The notes beneath the pieces are model-generated. The model made no database searches. It was given only the letters and a program-made list of their open reading frames with translations, and had not been told where the DNA came from. DNA of 64,000 nucleotides from assembly GCA_964016885.1 (NCBI GenBank), contig OZ024743.1, positions 269,638,001 to 269,702,000 of the forward strand. Reading direction: 5' to 3'. The position numbers were made by a program, and so were the translations under genes. Below are positions 1 to 14,700 of the stretch, one piece after another. The number at the start of each line of letters is the position of its first letter. Within the stretch, counting starts at the first letter, position 1. The stretch comes from Eledone cirrhosa (Eukaryota).

Positions 1-161
1 ATTGAAAATTATAGTCAGTTAATTTTTAAAATTTTCTTATTTTACGTCTTTCATATAATTGTTCTGCATCCCCCTGCATAGAACCACAAAGGTACTAAGA
101 CATAACATATATATTTGCTAGCATGGGTATACATCTGTATACATATGTTGGTAGATATACT

Positions 162-431
<270 letters not shown>

Positions 432-437
<6 letters not shown>

Positions 438-613
438 AGAAATGTTAGCTATCGCTGTATTTTGACTAAAGAAATTAAAGAAATTATTGACGTACATGTG
501 CGTCAATACTCATTTTTTCCATTTCTCCGAGGGTTCTTAACCCCACTATCAGGCTAAATAATTTCTTTAATTTCTTTAGTCAAAATACGGCGATAGCTAA
601 CATTTCTAATAAT
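432..613. repeat. Inverted repeat (fold-back), ~57-bp arms, between (TA)n tracts
   Basis: 432-488 attattagaaatgttagctatcgctgtattttgactaaagaaattaaagaaattatt is the reverse complement of 557-613 apart from one mismatch. Confidence 0.9.
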
Positions 614-649
614 TTCAAATCCACTCGCTGTTTCGAAAATATTCTTACT

Positions 650-730
<81 letters not shown>

Positions 731-735
<5 letters not shown>

Positions 736-1146
736 TTTCTGAATTTGTTTAGCAAGATGTTTTATCTGAAAACGTGTGTTTAAACCGATATTGTTATACT
801 TTGGGAGGGTCATGCTGCCAATAAGAAACAAATGCACCAGTTGCTTTCACTCCAATTTATTATAAATAAGCATACAGCACACACAAAAACAAGATGGCGT
901 AGGACAACAAAGGAGAGGCACAAAACAAAGAAAAGAATCCCCAGTCACTGAAGAGGTCACAGAATGTGTGACGAAAAAACTTTGACAATATATGAACAAC
1001 CGTCCGGTTGTGGAACCAACCAACCAACCGGAAATTTATAAATTCTTTTGAAAAATTTTTTTAAAAAAATTTATAATATATAATAAATTGGTGTAAATCA
1101 ACTGGTGCGTGTGTTTCTTATTTGCAACATGACCCTCCCAAAGTAT

Positions 1147-1154
<8 letters not shown>
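731..1154. mobile_element. PLE family A pseudo-LTR fragment with inverted terminal duplication
   Basis: 788-864 is inverted at 1079-1154; the same sequence is the 3' pLTR of the GIY-YIG copies at 45835-46300 and 50380-50830. Confidence 0.85.
944..986 (+). ncRNA. Type I hammerhead motif (family A; stem III G>A mutated)
   Basis: gtca-CTGAAGA-g-GTCAC..GTGAC-GAAA-aaac-TT-tgac. Confidence 0.7.
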
Positions 1155-1202
<48 letters not shown>

Positions 1203-1295
1203 TGGCAACATCAATGGATCTGTTATTTTTTTCTGAAAACAATTTTTCTGATCCCGCCCTACCCCTCCCTTCAATCTTTCTAATTTCTCATTCTT

Positions 1296-1330
1296 TCTTC
1301 TGATGAAGGACTAGCGTCCGAACGTTAAGA
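1296..1330 (+). ncRNA. Degenerate minimal hammerhead motif
   Basis: tctt-CTGATGA-a-GGAC-tagc-GTCC-GAA-cgtt-aaga; one A of GAAA is missing. The downstream tail recurs near 18320 and 44315. Confidence 0.55.
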
Positions 1331-1419
1331 CCCTCTTGCTGTTATCTCAAGCGTTCACCTAATATATTCCTTTTATATACTGTACATATACTGTACCGAT
1401 TGTGTTATTTCTCTTTACC

Positions 1420-1529
<110 letters not shown>

Positions 1530-1721
1530 GTATATATATATTGTTATATTTGGGGAGTGTCCTATTATAATAATATTGCCAGAAATAATAATAAAACACA
1601 CTGTTTGTTTTGGATTGGTTTTCGCCTCTGTATCTTTTATCTCCACAGTTAATTTATCTGGCAATCAATGTTTATCATTGATTGACCAACGGTTAAAAAT
1701 AAAGATATATATATATATAGT

Positions 1722-1764
1722 CCAGCAAAGTTCTTTCGTCACACATCTGTGACATCATCAGTGG
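1722..1764 (-). ncRNA. Type I hammerhead motif in a family A-related pLTR fragment (about 1540-1810)
   Basis: Minus strand CTGATGA-t-GTCACA-gatg-TGTGAC-GAAAG-aa-CTT; flanks homologous to 51520-51760; stem I imperfect. Confidence 0.7.
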
Positions 1765-1814
1765 TACTGTTATGTTTCCTCCCGTTGTATTATAATGTTT
1801 CCGCCATTTATATA

Positions 1815-2446
1815 CATCTATCCATCTAGGGCGGGTAAAATTCCCGAGATCCATGGACGATTTCTCTCCAGCTGTCTCTATCCCTCATTATCGCTGCCAT
1901 GTCCTGCGTCTCCAACAGACCAGTGTCTGTCCTTAGGGCATCAACATACGTTAACCTTGGTCTTCCTCTTCCAGTGTGTCCATGCAGGGGCTCCCACAGG
2001 AGCACTGAGTGCAATGTCAACTCTCGATGTCGGTGAGCATGTCCGGCTAACCTCAGTCTCCTCTGTGTCACTTTTGAGCTGACTTTTGGGAGGCTCCCAT
2101 ACAGCTCTGAGTTTTTCATCCTCAGAGAATGTTGAGAAGCCAGAGGGGATCACTAATGTAGGCGGGAAGCCGCTAGAATTGGTTGAGGACTTCCTGTATT
2201 TGGGAGCAAAGATTGGGAATACGGAAGATGATGTGGTTGAGAGGAAGAGAAAAGCCTAGGCGGCGTGCCACAGCTTGAGATCGGTTTGGAAGTCGGACCT
2301 TCGTAAAGACCTGAAAATCCGCCTCTTCATTGCTGTAGGTGAGTCTGTGCTGCTGTACGGGTCTGAGACTTGGACACTCATCAAGAAACTCACTCAGATG
2401 GTGGATGGGTGCTACACGAGAATGCTGAGGATGGTTCTGAACATTA
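1815..2446 (-). mobile_element. RTE/RTEX-like LINE 3' fragment with 5' inversion
   Basis: Minus 1826-2119 encodes the C-terminal QRRLRLAGH..LLWEP..GRGRPRLTYVD; plus ~2125-2446 encodes the preceding FLYLG..ESVLLYGSETW..RMLRMVLNI. Confidence 0.85.
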
Positions 2447-3010
2447 ATTTATATATATATGCATATATATATGTATATATATATATATAAGATTGTATGC
2501 ACTTCTATTTATATTTAATGCAAATGACGAGGTAGATTGGTTTGTAACCAGATTTCAAGGTATAGCGTATATCAATATATCTACACCCAGTCCCACTTTA
2601 CCAGACTTTCATTTAAACTACATTTAAGCTTTGCTAAGTGTTTTAATGGGTTTGATTTCTTTTATTATTTTTCTGATACTAAAATATGAAGAAGCAACTG
2701 CAAGTGAGAGGGGTCATACTTCTCATTCAACCGTAAACGTTTTACAAAATAAATAAAATACCAGAGGTTATTTTCTGATCCAATCTTGTTAACAGGCGAG
2801 GATTCACGTGAGACATTAGCCGCCTGCATATTAATAATACTATGGATAATACGATGGATAATAATAATAATAATTGTTATAATATATGTATGTATGTCTG
2901 TATGTATGTATGAATGTGTGGATGTATGTGTATATGTATGTATGTATATATGTATATATGTATGGATGCATATATGTATATATAATATATATATGTATAT
3001 ATATGTATAC

Positions 3011-3041
<31 letters not shown>

Positions 3042-3053
3042 CCCTGTTATGTA

Positions 3054-3092
<39 letters not shown>

Positions 3093-3558
3093 CCTTATAT
3101 ATATATATATATATACCCTTATATATATGTGTGTGTGTGTGTGTGTGCGATTATATTGATATACTGCTATAATGAAAATTATAATGTTAATAATAATAAA
3201 AATAATAAAAATAATAATTATTATTATCATTATTACTATGAAAAGTATTATTTTGTCCTGGAGCTCTTTCATAAATAAGGTGCGCAATATCCAGTGATGA
3301 TATTGTAACGATACATTCAGCTGACTGGTGATATAAATTGAATATCTATCTACTTGCATCTACCTTTATACGTACTTACGTACATAGACACATGCACTCA
3401 CATATCTATAGCCATACACACACACACCAATACGTATATGTAAGTAAATATATGTATATGTATATGGAAGGAAATATATAAATGCACACACACACACACA
3501 CACACATATTTATCTATCTATCTAACTATATCTATATCTATATCTATATATCTGTCTG

Positions 3559-3645
<87 letters not shown>

Positions 3646-3680
3646 CTATCTCTCTCTCTCTGTATATATATGAGTGTGTG

Positions 3681-3774
<94 letters not shown>

Positions 3775-4676
3775 TGTGTGTGTATATATATATATATATA
3801 GAGAGAGAGAGATGTGTCTGAATGGAAAAATATAAAGATAAAATGAATTATTATGAGATCGTTAGTAACATATAAAAAGGCGGCCCTGAGAACATTACAA
3901 CGGCCACAATTTCATTATATTCATTATATCGCTATAGCAAAACTTCCATGCAAATAAAAAAAAAATAATGAATATATAAAAGAAATAACTAAAATATTAA
4001 GAAATTCTTCAGGTCTGTTAGACAAAGAAAATACATGCCCAAAATCAAACCATTCAACTTTTTGGCCGTGCTAACAATTATTGTGAAACTTACCATAATT
4101 TTCTTGTATTAAGAACTCCTAGCCATATCAACACATCAACTACACTCTCTCTATCTTCTATCATTTGTGGGACCCGGAAGTTCGTGATGAGATTCCGTAA
4201 TTCCAATAACATTAGATAAACATGGCGGCGTTTTTTCTTCTTCTTTCATTAATATACACTGTGTATTGGCTGGAATGAGATGAGCCCGTAGCTACAGGAA
4301 ATACTGTGTATGTTTTTAGATTATTGACGATCCATGTATATCTTTGTGTCACTGTACTCTCTCTCCCCCTCCCTCTTTTTCTTTCTTTTTTCCTCTCTCT
4401 TCCTTTCTCTTTCTCCACCCCCCTCTCTCTCTCTATATTATATATATATCTGCTGCACGCATGTCAATATAACTTTGTATTTTATGTATGCATGTATGTA
4501 TGTATGTATGTATGTATGTATGTATGTATGTATGTATGTATGTATGTATGTATGTATGTATGTATGTATGTATCTATGTATGTGTTTATCTATCTATCTA
4601 TGTATCTATCTATTCATCTGTCGGTCTGTTCCTTTTCTCCACTCTGTCTAACGCTCTCTCTCTCTCACTCTCTCTG

Positions 4677-4828
<152 letters not shown>

Positions 4829-6559
4829 AGAGAGAAACTGTGAAAGAGAAAGTGGTCATATATTTGTTGTTAAACATTTTGTAATATCACGTGTCCTGCA
4901 CGATGCAGTTGCTCCTATAAAATGTTTTCATACGCCGCATTCTTAACACTTCAATACATTTTCTCATTAAGACAGTTGTCTCCCTGTAGATATACCCATT
5001 ATGGTATTTTTTACATTTTTCTTTTGTGCTGGCGTGTATGATGTTGGATTTTCGAAGTAAGGTAGACCGTTTTAATGATTTTTATATATATATCTATATA
5101 TTTTAGAATTTTTACTATTTTTTAAAGATTTGTTTTGTTAAAACTTCTATATACTTTTGTAATCTATATTACTACTTTTCAATACCTATTAATTTTGTAA
5201 CATTCTAAACGATCAACTCGTCACTAGGTGATCTCCGACTTGCACTTGATAGGCTTGATGCCGAGTGATGCACGGAGCCGTGTTCACAAGTGATGTAATT
5301 ATGAACTAGGGCAAATAGGTAACATTGGTTGTCTCATCAAACAATACACTCGAAAATAAAGGTGTAACAACGGTGTCTATAAAAACAACTATGTATGAAA
5401 AAACTTCACAATACGGTTGTTTTGTTCTGTTGTGAAAACAGCACAAAGATCTCGTCTTTATGAATCTTTAAACGAATACCCGTTTTTATTAGTCTGGGAA
5501 CAATTTCAAAGCCCCACAAACAGAAACAACCCAATAAATAACTAATCAACTAAAATCTCAGCAATTAATCATAATCGATGGTTAAACGTTGTATTTACAA
5601 CCGCCAAAAGTATCAGCCAACAAACTATTGAAATGTTTTAATTGAGAAGAACGGAACACACGAATGATTTCTAGGAATTTAGTACCCCCAACATGGCGAC
5701 TGAGGTGACCTTTTATTGCACAGATATTTCAGTGGCTGGAGTCATCTTGGACAGTTCTGAAAGTAGGAATTCTAGCAGAAGCATTACAAAACCTGTGAAA
5801 CATGATGGATGGCTACGAATATGAACTTCTCTGTGCAGATAGCAATGACCGAGAAACTGCCAGCAGTAGTAGTAGTGATATATATGACAGTAATGATTGA
5901 TATTATAACAGACATTATATTTAATAGACAGTAAACTAAATACGGAGTCTCTAGCTATCGGTGAGGCTCCAGAGAAACATATTTCACATTGAAGTTTTGT
6001 AAATTAGAGAGATGAGAAAACTCAATTTACTCACTCTTCTCTTACAGACATTTTCTCTCTGAATGTAATAGGGTCGTAGGTATACTACTTAGCCTTAATT
6101 GTACAGGAAAGTGGCCAGAGCGGTTCCAGCCGTTACCATCCCGTTTTCGTTCTCTCCAGAGATCATTCGAATCATATATCCTGTTATCATAACAAACGAA
6201 CATCACCAATCTCCATGCCAAATACGCTATATTAAAAAAGTTTAACACACATACACACAAACACACCGACACACACACACACACACACGCACACGCACAC
6301 GCACACGCACACGCACACACACACACATATATATATATAAGATTTGTTGAAGGTGTATGTATTTATGTATGTATGTAGGCATCTATCTATCTATCTTTTT
6401 ATTCCTCTCTCTCTCCCTCTCTATGTATATAAATATATATATATATTTTTAGAGGGCCTCCATCGATCATTAATGACTGTGGTTTTGCTGCCAGAAAGAT
6501 CCTTCTGAAGCACAAGCTTGGGCAAGATTTGTTTGTGGAAGACCAGCAGTCATCGATGT

Positions 6560-7760
6560 ATAGCCATTTCTATATCTACCATACTACTCTCTCTCTCTTT
6601 CCCTCTCATTCTATCCACCACCACCAAACTCTACCAATCTTTATATCTAACAATACCTGTCTATCAATCCTCTCACTTTATTCATTACCATCACCCCCCC
6701 CCCACATCTACATCAATATACAAAACTCTCATCCAATTCCCCTCTCTATATCAATTAACACCAAATTCTTCCCCTCTCTATATCTACTAGACGAAACTCT
6801 CATCCAATCCCCCTCTCTATATCAATTAACACCAAACTTTCGCCCTCTTTATATCTACTACACGGAACTCTCTCCACAAACCCCTCTCTATATCAATTAA
6901 CACCAAACCTTCCCCCTCTCTACATCAATTAACACAAAACTTTCCCCCTCTCTATAATTACTACACCGAATTCTCTTTCAATTCCCCTCACTATATCAAT
7001 TAACACAAAACACTCCCTGTCTCTACATTTACTACACAATCCTCTCTATATCAGTTACCACCAAAATATCCCCCTCTATATATCTAAAATGCAACATTCT
7101 CTCTCATTCCCTTTCACTCTATCCATCACAACTAAACGCTTCCCCTTTCCATATCTATCAATACGTATATCTATTAATCCTCTCACTCTATTCATTACTA
7201 TCAAACTCTCCCTCTCTTTACATCAAGCGTACAACACTCTCTCCCAATCCCCTCTCTATATCTACTACACGGAACTTTCTTTCAATTCGCCTCTTTATAT
7301 TAATTCACCTCTTTATCTACTACACAGTGCTCTCATCCAATTCCCACTCTAAATCAATTAACACCAAACGCCCCCTCTCTATATCTACCATACAACACTC
7401 TCTCATTCGCTCTCACTCTCTCCATCGCTACCAAATTCTCCCCTTCTGTATATCTATCAATACCTATCTCTATCAAACCTCTCACTCTTCATTAACACCA
7501 AACTATCCCCTCCTCTATATCTACAACACGGTACTCTCTTCCAATCTCCCTCTCCATATCAATTACCACCAAACTCTCCCCATCTCTATATCTACTACAC
7601 AGAACTGTTTTCCAACCTCCCTCTATATCAATAAAACCAATCTCTTCCCCTCTCTATAACTAATATAAAACACACTCTCCCAACCTTCCTCTCTATATTA
7701 GTTACCACCAAACTCTCCCCCTCTCTATATCTATATCTATCTCTCCCATCTATCTCTACA
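6560..7760. repeat. Degenerate minisatellite (ctctctatatcaattaacaccaaa / ctctatatctactacacggaac units)
   Basis: Recurring ~30-60 bp diverged units. Confidence 0.8.
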
Positions 7761-7916
7761 TAACATGTACATAAATTGTAACGCATATACAAATAGATGT
7801 GTTTTTGTAGTTTGAGGAGACAAAAATAATTATTTGTGGGGGAGGGGCATGTCCCGACCCGGCCCCCTAGTTCTACCACCCCCGATATATATAGATAGAT
7901 ATATATAAATATATAT

Positions 7917-8090
7917 TTCGTTTCTGAATTTGTTTAGCAAGATTCTTTATCTGAAAACGTGTGTTGAAACCGATATTGTTATACTTTGGGAGGGTCATGC
8001 GGAAATTTATAAATTTATTATAATAAATTGAAGTGAAAGCAACTGGTGCGTGTGTTTCTTATTGGCAACATGACCCTCCCAAAGTATAAA
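7917..8090. mobile_element. PLE family A terminal fold-back fragment
   Basis: tatactttgggagggtcatg ... catgaccctcccaaagtata inverted pair; same sequence as 731-1154. Confidence 0.8.
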
Positions 8091-8102
8091 TATATATATA
8101 CA

Positions 8103-8241
<139 letters not shown>

Positions 8242-8549
8242 TGAAAGTGTGAGTATGATTGCGTGTACTGTGTGTGTATATGTCTACTTAAGCTGACTAC
8301 TAAAAAATGAATATTCTTGCCTCTATCTCTACTTCCTGAGGTATTGAGTACATTAAGTCCAGTAGATGAATGACTCCTTTATATAAACAAACACGCAATA
8401 TGTGCATATGCATATATATATATACACACATGTGTATATCTGTCTCTCTCTATATGTATATATGTATGTATGTATGTATATATGCTATGTATGTATCAAT
8501 GAATATGAAGATTGCCTCAGACATATTTTCCCTCTATAAACCCCCATAT

Positions 8550-8624
<75 letters not shown>

Positions 8625-8628
<4 letters not shown>

Positions 8629-9254
8629 ACCCATTAGCAACCCCGCACCACGTTTATTCTCATATTTACACATATTTTTTTCCCCGCTGTTACACATCTA
8701 TTTCGTTCTTACTGCTTCCTCTTTCTCTGTATCTTTACCCTCTCTAGCAGTCACTCTCTCTGTTAGCCTCTTCCTCACCCTTCACTCACTCATTCTCTGT
8801 TACTACCTCTCCTCCTCCTCCTTCTTCCCGTTTGACCTGTGCGTAATTCTTTTCTTTCGCACCCTTGGTCTGGCAGGTCGCTTTTTTTCTCTCTCTCGTC
8901 TACGATTTCACAGAACTTACGTTCACCGAAATCACAGACTAGATCCCTTCTTCCTTCCGTTAGACCTGTACGGAATTCCTTCCTTGCTCACATTCCAACC
9001 AGGTTTGATGGTCTTTATTCTCTCTCGTTCACGATTTCACCGAATTTAAATTCATAGAAATTTGGGACTTGACTCCTTCTTCCTCACTTTCTGTTGCTTC
9101 ACCATTTCGTTTGTTTACACTCGTGTCCCCTTTATTTACGTGTCCCAACGACTTTTTTTAGCCGTTGCTCGCACCAACCGGAGGTATATGGTCTTTAAAG
9201 CGATGAAATACCAATGATGGTTGGAAGATCACTGATGAAGGACTAACTTTATTC

Positions 9255-9260
<6 letters not shown>
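8625..9260 (+). repeat. Non-coding interspersed repeat, family B (one unit)
   Basis: Homologous to 54385-55020 (gcgatgaaataccaatgat..tcactgatga..gactaa); bounded by (TA)n. Confidence 0.7.
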
Positions 9261-9294
<34 letters not shown>

Positions 9295-9301
<7 letters not shown>

Positions 9302-9497
9302 ATACTTTGGGAGGGTCATGTTGCCAATAAGAAACACACGCACCAGTTGCTTTCACTTCAATTTATTATAATAAATTGAAGTGAAAGCAACTGGTGCGTG
9401 TGTTTCTTATTGGCAACATGACCCTCCCAAAGTATAACAATATCGGTTTCAACACACGATTTCAGATAAAGAATCTTGCTAAACAAATTCAGAAACG

Positions 9498-9500
<3 letters not shown>
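9295..9500. mobile_element. Perfect 148-bp palindrome of the PLE family A terminus plus 3' tail
   Basis: 9295-9442 is self-reverse-complementary about ttatta|taataa (9368/9369); (TA)n on both sides. Confidence 0.9.
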
Positions 9501-9569
<69 letters not shown>

Positions 9570-9616
9570 TTATATTTATATATATACACACGCACATATA
9601 TATATATGTATATAAA

Positions 9617-9687
<71 letters not shown>

Positions 9688-10031
9688 CCCCCGCCCTCCC
9701 TATATTTCCATAGTAGTCAGGAATACCGAAAGAAAAATACAAAATAAAAGCAGAACGAAGAAACGAAGACCTAACAAAACAAAATGGAGGTGTATAGACA
9801 GATAGTTACAGTAATAATCTTGAATGTAACAAACAAGTCCTTCTGTAAGTGAACGGGGAATGTTGTCCGTGCATGCGCGGTGAAATTATAGGAGGCATGC
9901 TGGGTGTTTTTGAAATAATCTAAACGGCGCTATGAATGCAAACGTTTCGTCATTGCTGTCATGATGGGATGAAAGGGATCCAGTCTCCCATGAGTGCATG
10001 AGGCATGGGGCATGCCTAAAGACTATTTAGG

Positions 10032-10097
<66 letters not shown>

Positions 10098-10098
10098 T

Positions 10099-10169
<71 letters not shown>

Positions 10170-10268
10170 CATATGTATGTAAGCGCATATACAGACCTTT
10201 GTAAATAAATATGTACGTATGCATGTTGGTATGTATGTGTGTGTGTGTATGCGTGTTTATATATATAC

Positions 10269-10345
<77 letters not shown>

Positions 10346-10490
10346 TATATAAATACGTATAAATATGTTTGTATAGATAAATGTATGTATATATGTATAT
10401 ATACACACTTATATACTTACATGTATAATATAGCTGGGAATATAATTACTATCGCATCCATGCGTATATTTGGTTGTGCGTGTGTGTGTG

Positions 10491-10576
<86 letters not shown>

Positions 10577-10677
10577 TGTGTGTGTGTACATATATATATA
10601 TATACAACTTTGAATTTTCCGTTTCTTATATTGTCTATTATATAACGCGTGCACACGTATGTCTTGCTCTATCTCTT

Positions 10678-10783
<106 letters not shown>

Positions 10784-11171
10784 TGTGTGTGTATGTGTGT
10801 GTGCGCCTGTGTCCGTTTGTAGGTAGTTGGATTGTATCATGCGTCATCACATTGTGTTACTTTAAGTTTCATATCCGGAGAGTTTCATTGAAGGATCATA
10901 AAGACACTAATGCAGAGTTAGGAATTGTTAAACTCCTATTGGGTGATTCACTGATGCGATTACGGTTTAAGTATATATAGACACAGGTTTACACACATAC
11001 ATGCACTCATATATATGAGCGTGTTTGTGTTATATTGTATTATAATCGAATTGTCCACTTCAGCACAATTCTTATGAAAAACAGGATGACCTATCATGCA
11101 AGGGAGACAAGTGTAGCAGTAATGCCGCTTCATTTTTCTTTCATATCATACTTATATATACATATGAAAGC

Positions 11172-11273
11172 ATTCAGGAATCCGACGGATGAGCTCCGGC
11201 TGTTTCGACAGCTAGATCTGAGTTCGGATCTAGCTGTCGAAATGGCTCGATCTCAACCGTCGGGGTCCTGAAT
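11172..11273 (+). repeat. Long imperfect hairpin
   Basis: attcagga..tttcgacagctagatc / gatctagctgtcgaaa..tcctgaat. Confidence 0.8.
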
Positions 11274-11314
11274 CTGTTCATATTACCCATTTTACTTACA
11301 CAAGTATCAAGTAA

Positions 11315-11375
<61 letters not shown>

Positions 11376-11452
11376 AGCAAGAAAGTGTTGGTAAAATCCA
11401 GTACTTCAGTATGCGGATAGGGAGCACTCAACGAAGATATAAGTTCCGGAGT

Positions 11453-11562
11453 TATATAGTGACGAAACATAAGTCAATTGCATAAACTCATAATCCTTTA
11501 TGTAACTCATAATCCTTATGTAAATAAAGAATTATGAGTTCATGCAATTGACTTATGTTTCG

Positions 11563-11570
<8 letters not shown>
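11453..11570. repeat. Fold-back of a pLTR terminus carrying hammerhead 3' halves
   Basis: tatagtgacgaaacataagtcaattgcat..actcataat is inverted at 11531-11570; the same end occurs at 62630-62670. Confidence 0.8.
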
Positions 11571-11611
<41 letters not shown>

Positions 11612-11626
11612 TAAAATATTAGCGAG

Positions 11627-11712
11627 CTTCCTGAAGAATCCGGCGCTCGAGTTTATATAATTATTACATAATTATTGGAAAACTCGAAACACGGACGAAA
11701 CCATGGTAGAGG
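11627..11712 (+). ncRNA. Type I hammerhead with long stem II and palindromic stem III
   Basis: cttc-CTGAAGA-a-TCCG..TCGAGTTT..AAACTCGA..CGGA-c-GAAAC-CATG-GTA-gagg. Confidence 0.8.
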
Positions 11713-12079
11713 AATTTAAATGTATTCTATTTTCTCCTAGTTTATTTTAAACCTAATTCTGCTTAGTTGACTGTATCTAGGCGATTACGCTGTCGAAATA
11801 TTCGATAAATATTCCACTACGGCCGACGCGAAGCGCTAGTTTTGGTTATTTGTCGGAGATTCCTTCATAGAAGCCTCATTCTTATAGCCTGGTCTATTCG
11901 ATTTTTTATATAGTTAATTATGCTAATTGGGAGAGGAAATAGTATATATTCTATAGACATGTTTTATGATATATAGCTCTGATTGTTTAATTTATTAATT
12001 TTTCATTGAGCCACAAAGTGACCGGTTGCAAAACACGTATATGTATGTGTATGTATATATATATATGTAAACTTTTAGG

Positions 12080-13939
12080 CCCCGCTGCAACACCTGTCCC
12101 CACATCACCAACACCACCACCTTCCAGGGTCCCAACGGCCACCCTCTCTCGGTCCGGCATGCCTTCCGCTGCACCTCCTCCAACCTAGTCTACGGACTTC
12201 GTTGCACGGAGTGCAGCGCGACTTATGTCGGAGAGACGGGACGTCGCCTGGTGGACCGAGTCACGGAGCACCTCCGGGATATTCGTCTCGGGGGCAGTTC
12301 CGCCATCGCCCGCCACTTTGGTGGCCCTGGACACTCCGCACGCCATCTCACAGTCTGTGGCCTACTCCAGTGCCACGGAACACCCGCCCATCGCCTTACG
12401 GTCGAACAACGCACTATCTTCATCTTACAGACCCACACTCCCCCGGCCTGAACTCCCCACCCTTATTCCTTTAGCGTTCGACCGCCCCCCTCCCCCCACA
12501 CCTATCCCCCACTAACACCACTAACACACCCCTCCTTTTCACCGCCCACCCCACACTAACTATACTAACACCTCCACTTCACCCCTCATCTGACCACCCT
12601 TTCCCAACTAACATACTAACATCCCTTCCCTCCCCTCTTCTCCTCCTCCGCCTCCTTATCACACGCACACACACACCCACTTACACCACCCACCCCACAC
12701 GCAACTAACATCACTAACACCCTCCAACCCCACGCACACGTACCCACACACCCTCGTACACCACCAACTCTACACACCCTACCCCCACTAATCCCCACTC
12801 ACACCTGCATTCCACCCCTCCCCACCTCCCGTATACTAATACCCACTAACACCTCTTCACCAAACTACACACACACCAGTACACCACACTCCCTCCATAG
12901 AACCACACACACCCTTCTCTCCCCGCTCCACACTCACTCATCCCACTAACACCCCTACTAATACACACACACACACACACAGACACACCCTCCTCACTCC
13001 AACTCTCACACATACCCATCCTCGCCTCACTACCATTCCGCCGACTGCTGCTATGCCCTTCCGACCACTGTCTCAGCACCAACTGACCACAGCACTCCCA
13101 CTGCTGACCACTTCCTGTTGCGCGCGCACCCCACATCTCTCCTCTTCCGACCACCGCTTCTTGGATTACCCACACGCGATATTGACTTCTAACCAATATC
13201 TCCAAACATCCGTGGAACTTACCAACTTTTCAACCATCCTCTTACACCATCACCTATATAACTCACCCACACACACACCCCCAAAAATGTTTTTTTATCC
13301 ACACGCCACCCACACCCACAACACGCTTAAACCACACACACGTGCTTCCCACCACATATTTACACCCTCAGCCTCCTGATTCCCCCCCCCTATCCACACA
13401 CGCACAGACACTCCCCCCCCCCCACACACCTTCCTGAACATGCAACCCCGTTCTTCCCCCAACCCTCACTTTCACATACACACACACACACACACACGCA
13501 CACCTAACCACACATACCACCTTCAGCCCTCCCCGCTCGGACACCCCGTCTCCCTCTCCCCACTCCACCCGCCACCACCCCTACTCACCCCACACCCTTC
13601 CACCACCTGTTTACCCCCCTTTTAATTTCAGTTTATTTTGATCATGCCTTTATTTTAAAATTTTCTCATTCCTTGTATTTTGATCATGCTTTATTTTTAT
13701 TTATTATTTATTATATTTTTGTCTTTATTTGTTAATTTTTCATTCGCACCGTTTCCTTTCGCTATATGTCTCTCCACCACTCCCCTACACACCTTTTGAA
13801 CTCTGTTCCCACACACTTCTCACCTGAAGAAGGGCTTATGCCCGAAACGTCGTCCCCCACCTACCCCCCACTCTCCTGAGCCTGAATTTAATAAACATTT
13901 ATCGTACTGCCTCTCTGTTCTGTCCCTGTTCAATTTTTC

Positions 13940-13943
<4 letters not shown>
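12080..13943 (+). mobile_element. Neptune-type PLE 3' fragment: GIY-YIG endonuclease plus C/A-rich pLTR
   Basis: From 12080: RCNTCPHI..FRCTSSNLVYGLRCTECSATYVGETGRRLVDRVTEH..ARHF..EQRTIFILQT, then a frameshifted PGLN end; hammerhead at 13821. Confidence 0.88.
13821..13853 (+). ncRNA. Minimal hammerhead motif
   Basis: CTGAAGA-a-GGGC-ttat-GCCC-GAAAC-GTC; stem I only about 2 bp. Confidence 0.7.
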
Positions 13944-14024
<81 letters not shown>

Positions 14025-14025
<1 letters not shown>

Positions 14026-14212
14026 ATTGGATTTGAAATCGTGAGGTTGTGAGTTTGATTCTCGGACCGGGTAATGCATTATGTCCTCGAGCAAGACACT
14101 TTATTTCACGTTGCTCCTTTTACTTGGAATTGTAACCAATAGATAGCATTAACAATTGGAAATACCAAAGGAAACATTGTTGTCTCGGTTCGATTTGACG
14201 AAAGTCGATCGT
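14025..14212 (+). mobile_element. tRNA-derived SINE with CORE-like body
   Basis: B-box-like gagtttgattc then gtcctcgagcaagacactttatttcacgttgc; homologue at 25420-25640. Confidence 0.65.
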
Positions 14213-14236
14213 ATATATATATGATATATATATATG

Positions 14237-14281
<45 letters not shown>

Positions 14282-14289
<8 letters not shown>

Positions 14290-14664
14290 AAAAGGAAAAG
14301 AAAATGCTGACAAATTGTTCCAAGTGAAAAATAGTTTAATTAGGAATAAGTAAAAATTAGTAATAGTATTGGTTAGTATTCAGTTTTGGTTTTAAGTTTT
14401 ACCGGTTGCGCATTTTTAATGCTTTTCAAAAATAATTTTGAGATAGAGCGCCCGTGATGTTTGTTCTAATCTGATTAGTTTTGGAAATTCTACCTGTTTT
14501 ATGTAAAAAAAAAGTGGCTCCAGATGTATGAAAAAATTCTTGTGGTCAAAACAATTTTGATTGGTCGGTAGAGGTCATGTGAATGTTAAAAATTGATCTT
14601 GCGCCAAATGTAGCTTTGTCTCGGCTGATTGAGAAGTCACTGAAAAATAAGTCTTTCAAGACAA

Positions 14665-14700
<36 letters not shown>

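Noticed and set aside
6046-6226. Possible host exon (minus-strand AG..GT bounded open frame; also a plus-strand acceptor-like site at 6047)
   Set aside because: No recognisable protein motif, signals ambiguous between strands, no partner exons seen
6560-7760. Repeat array as a CRISPR-like locus
   Set aside because: Degenerate tandem units with no unique spacers; eukaryotic context
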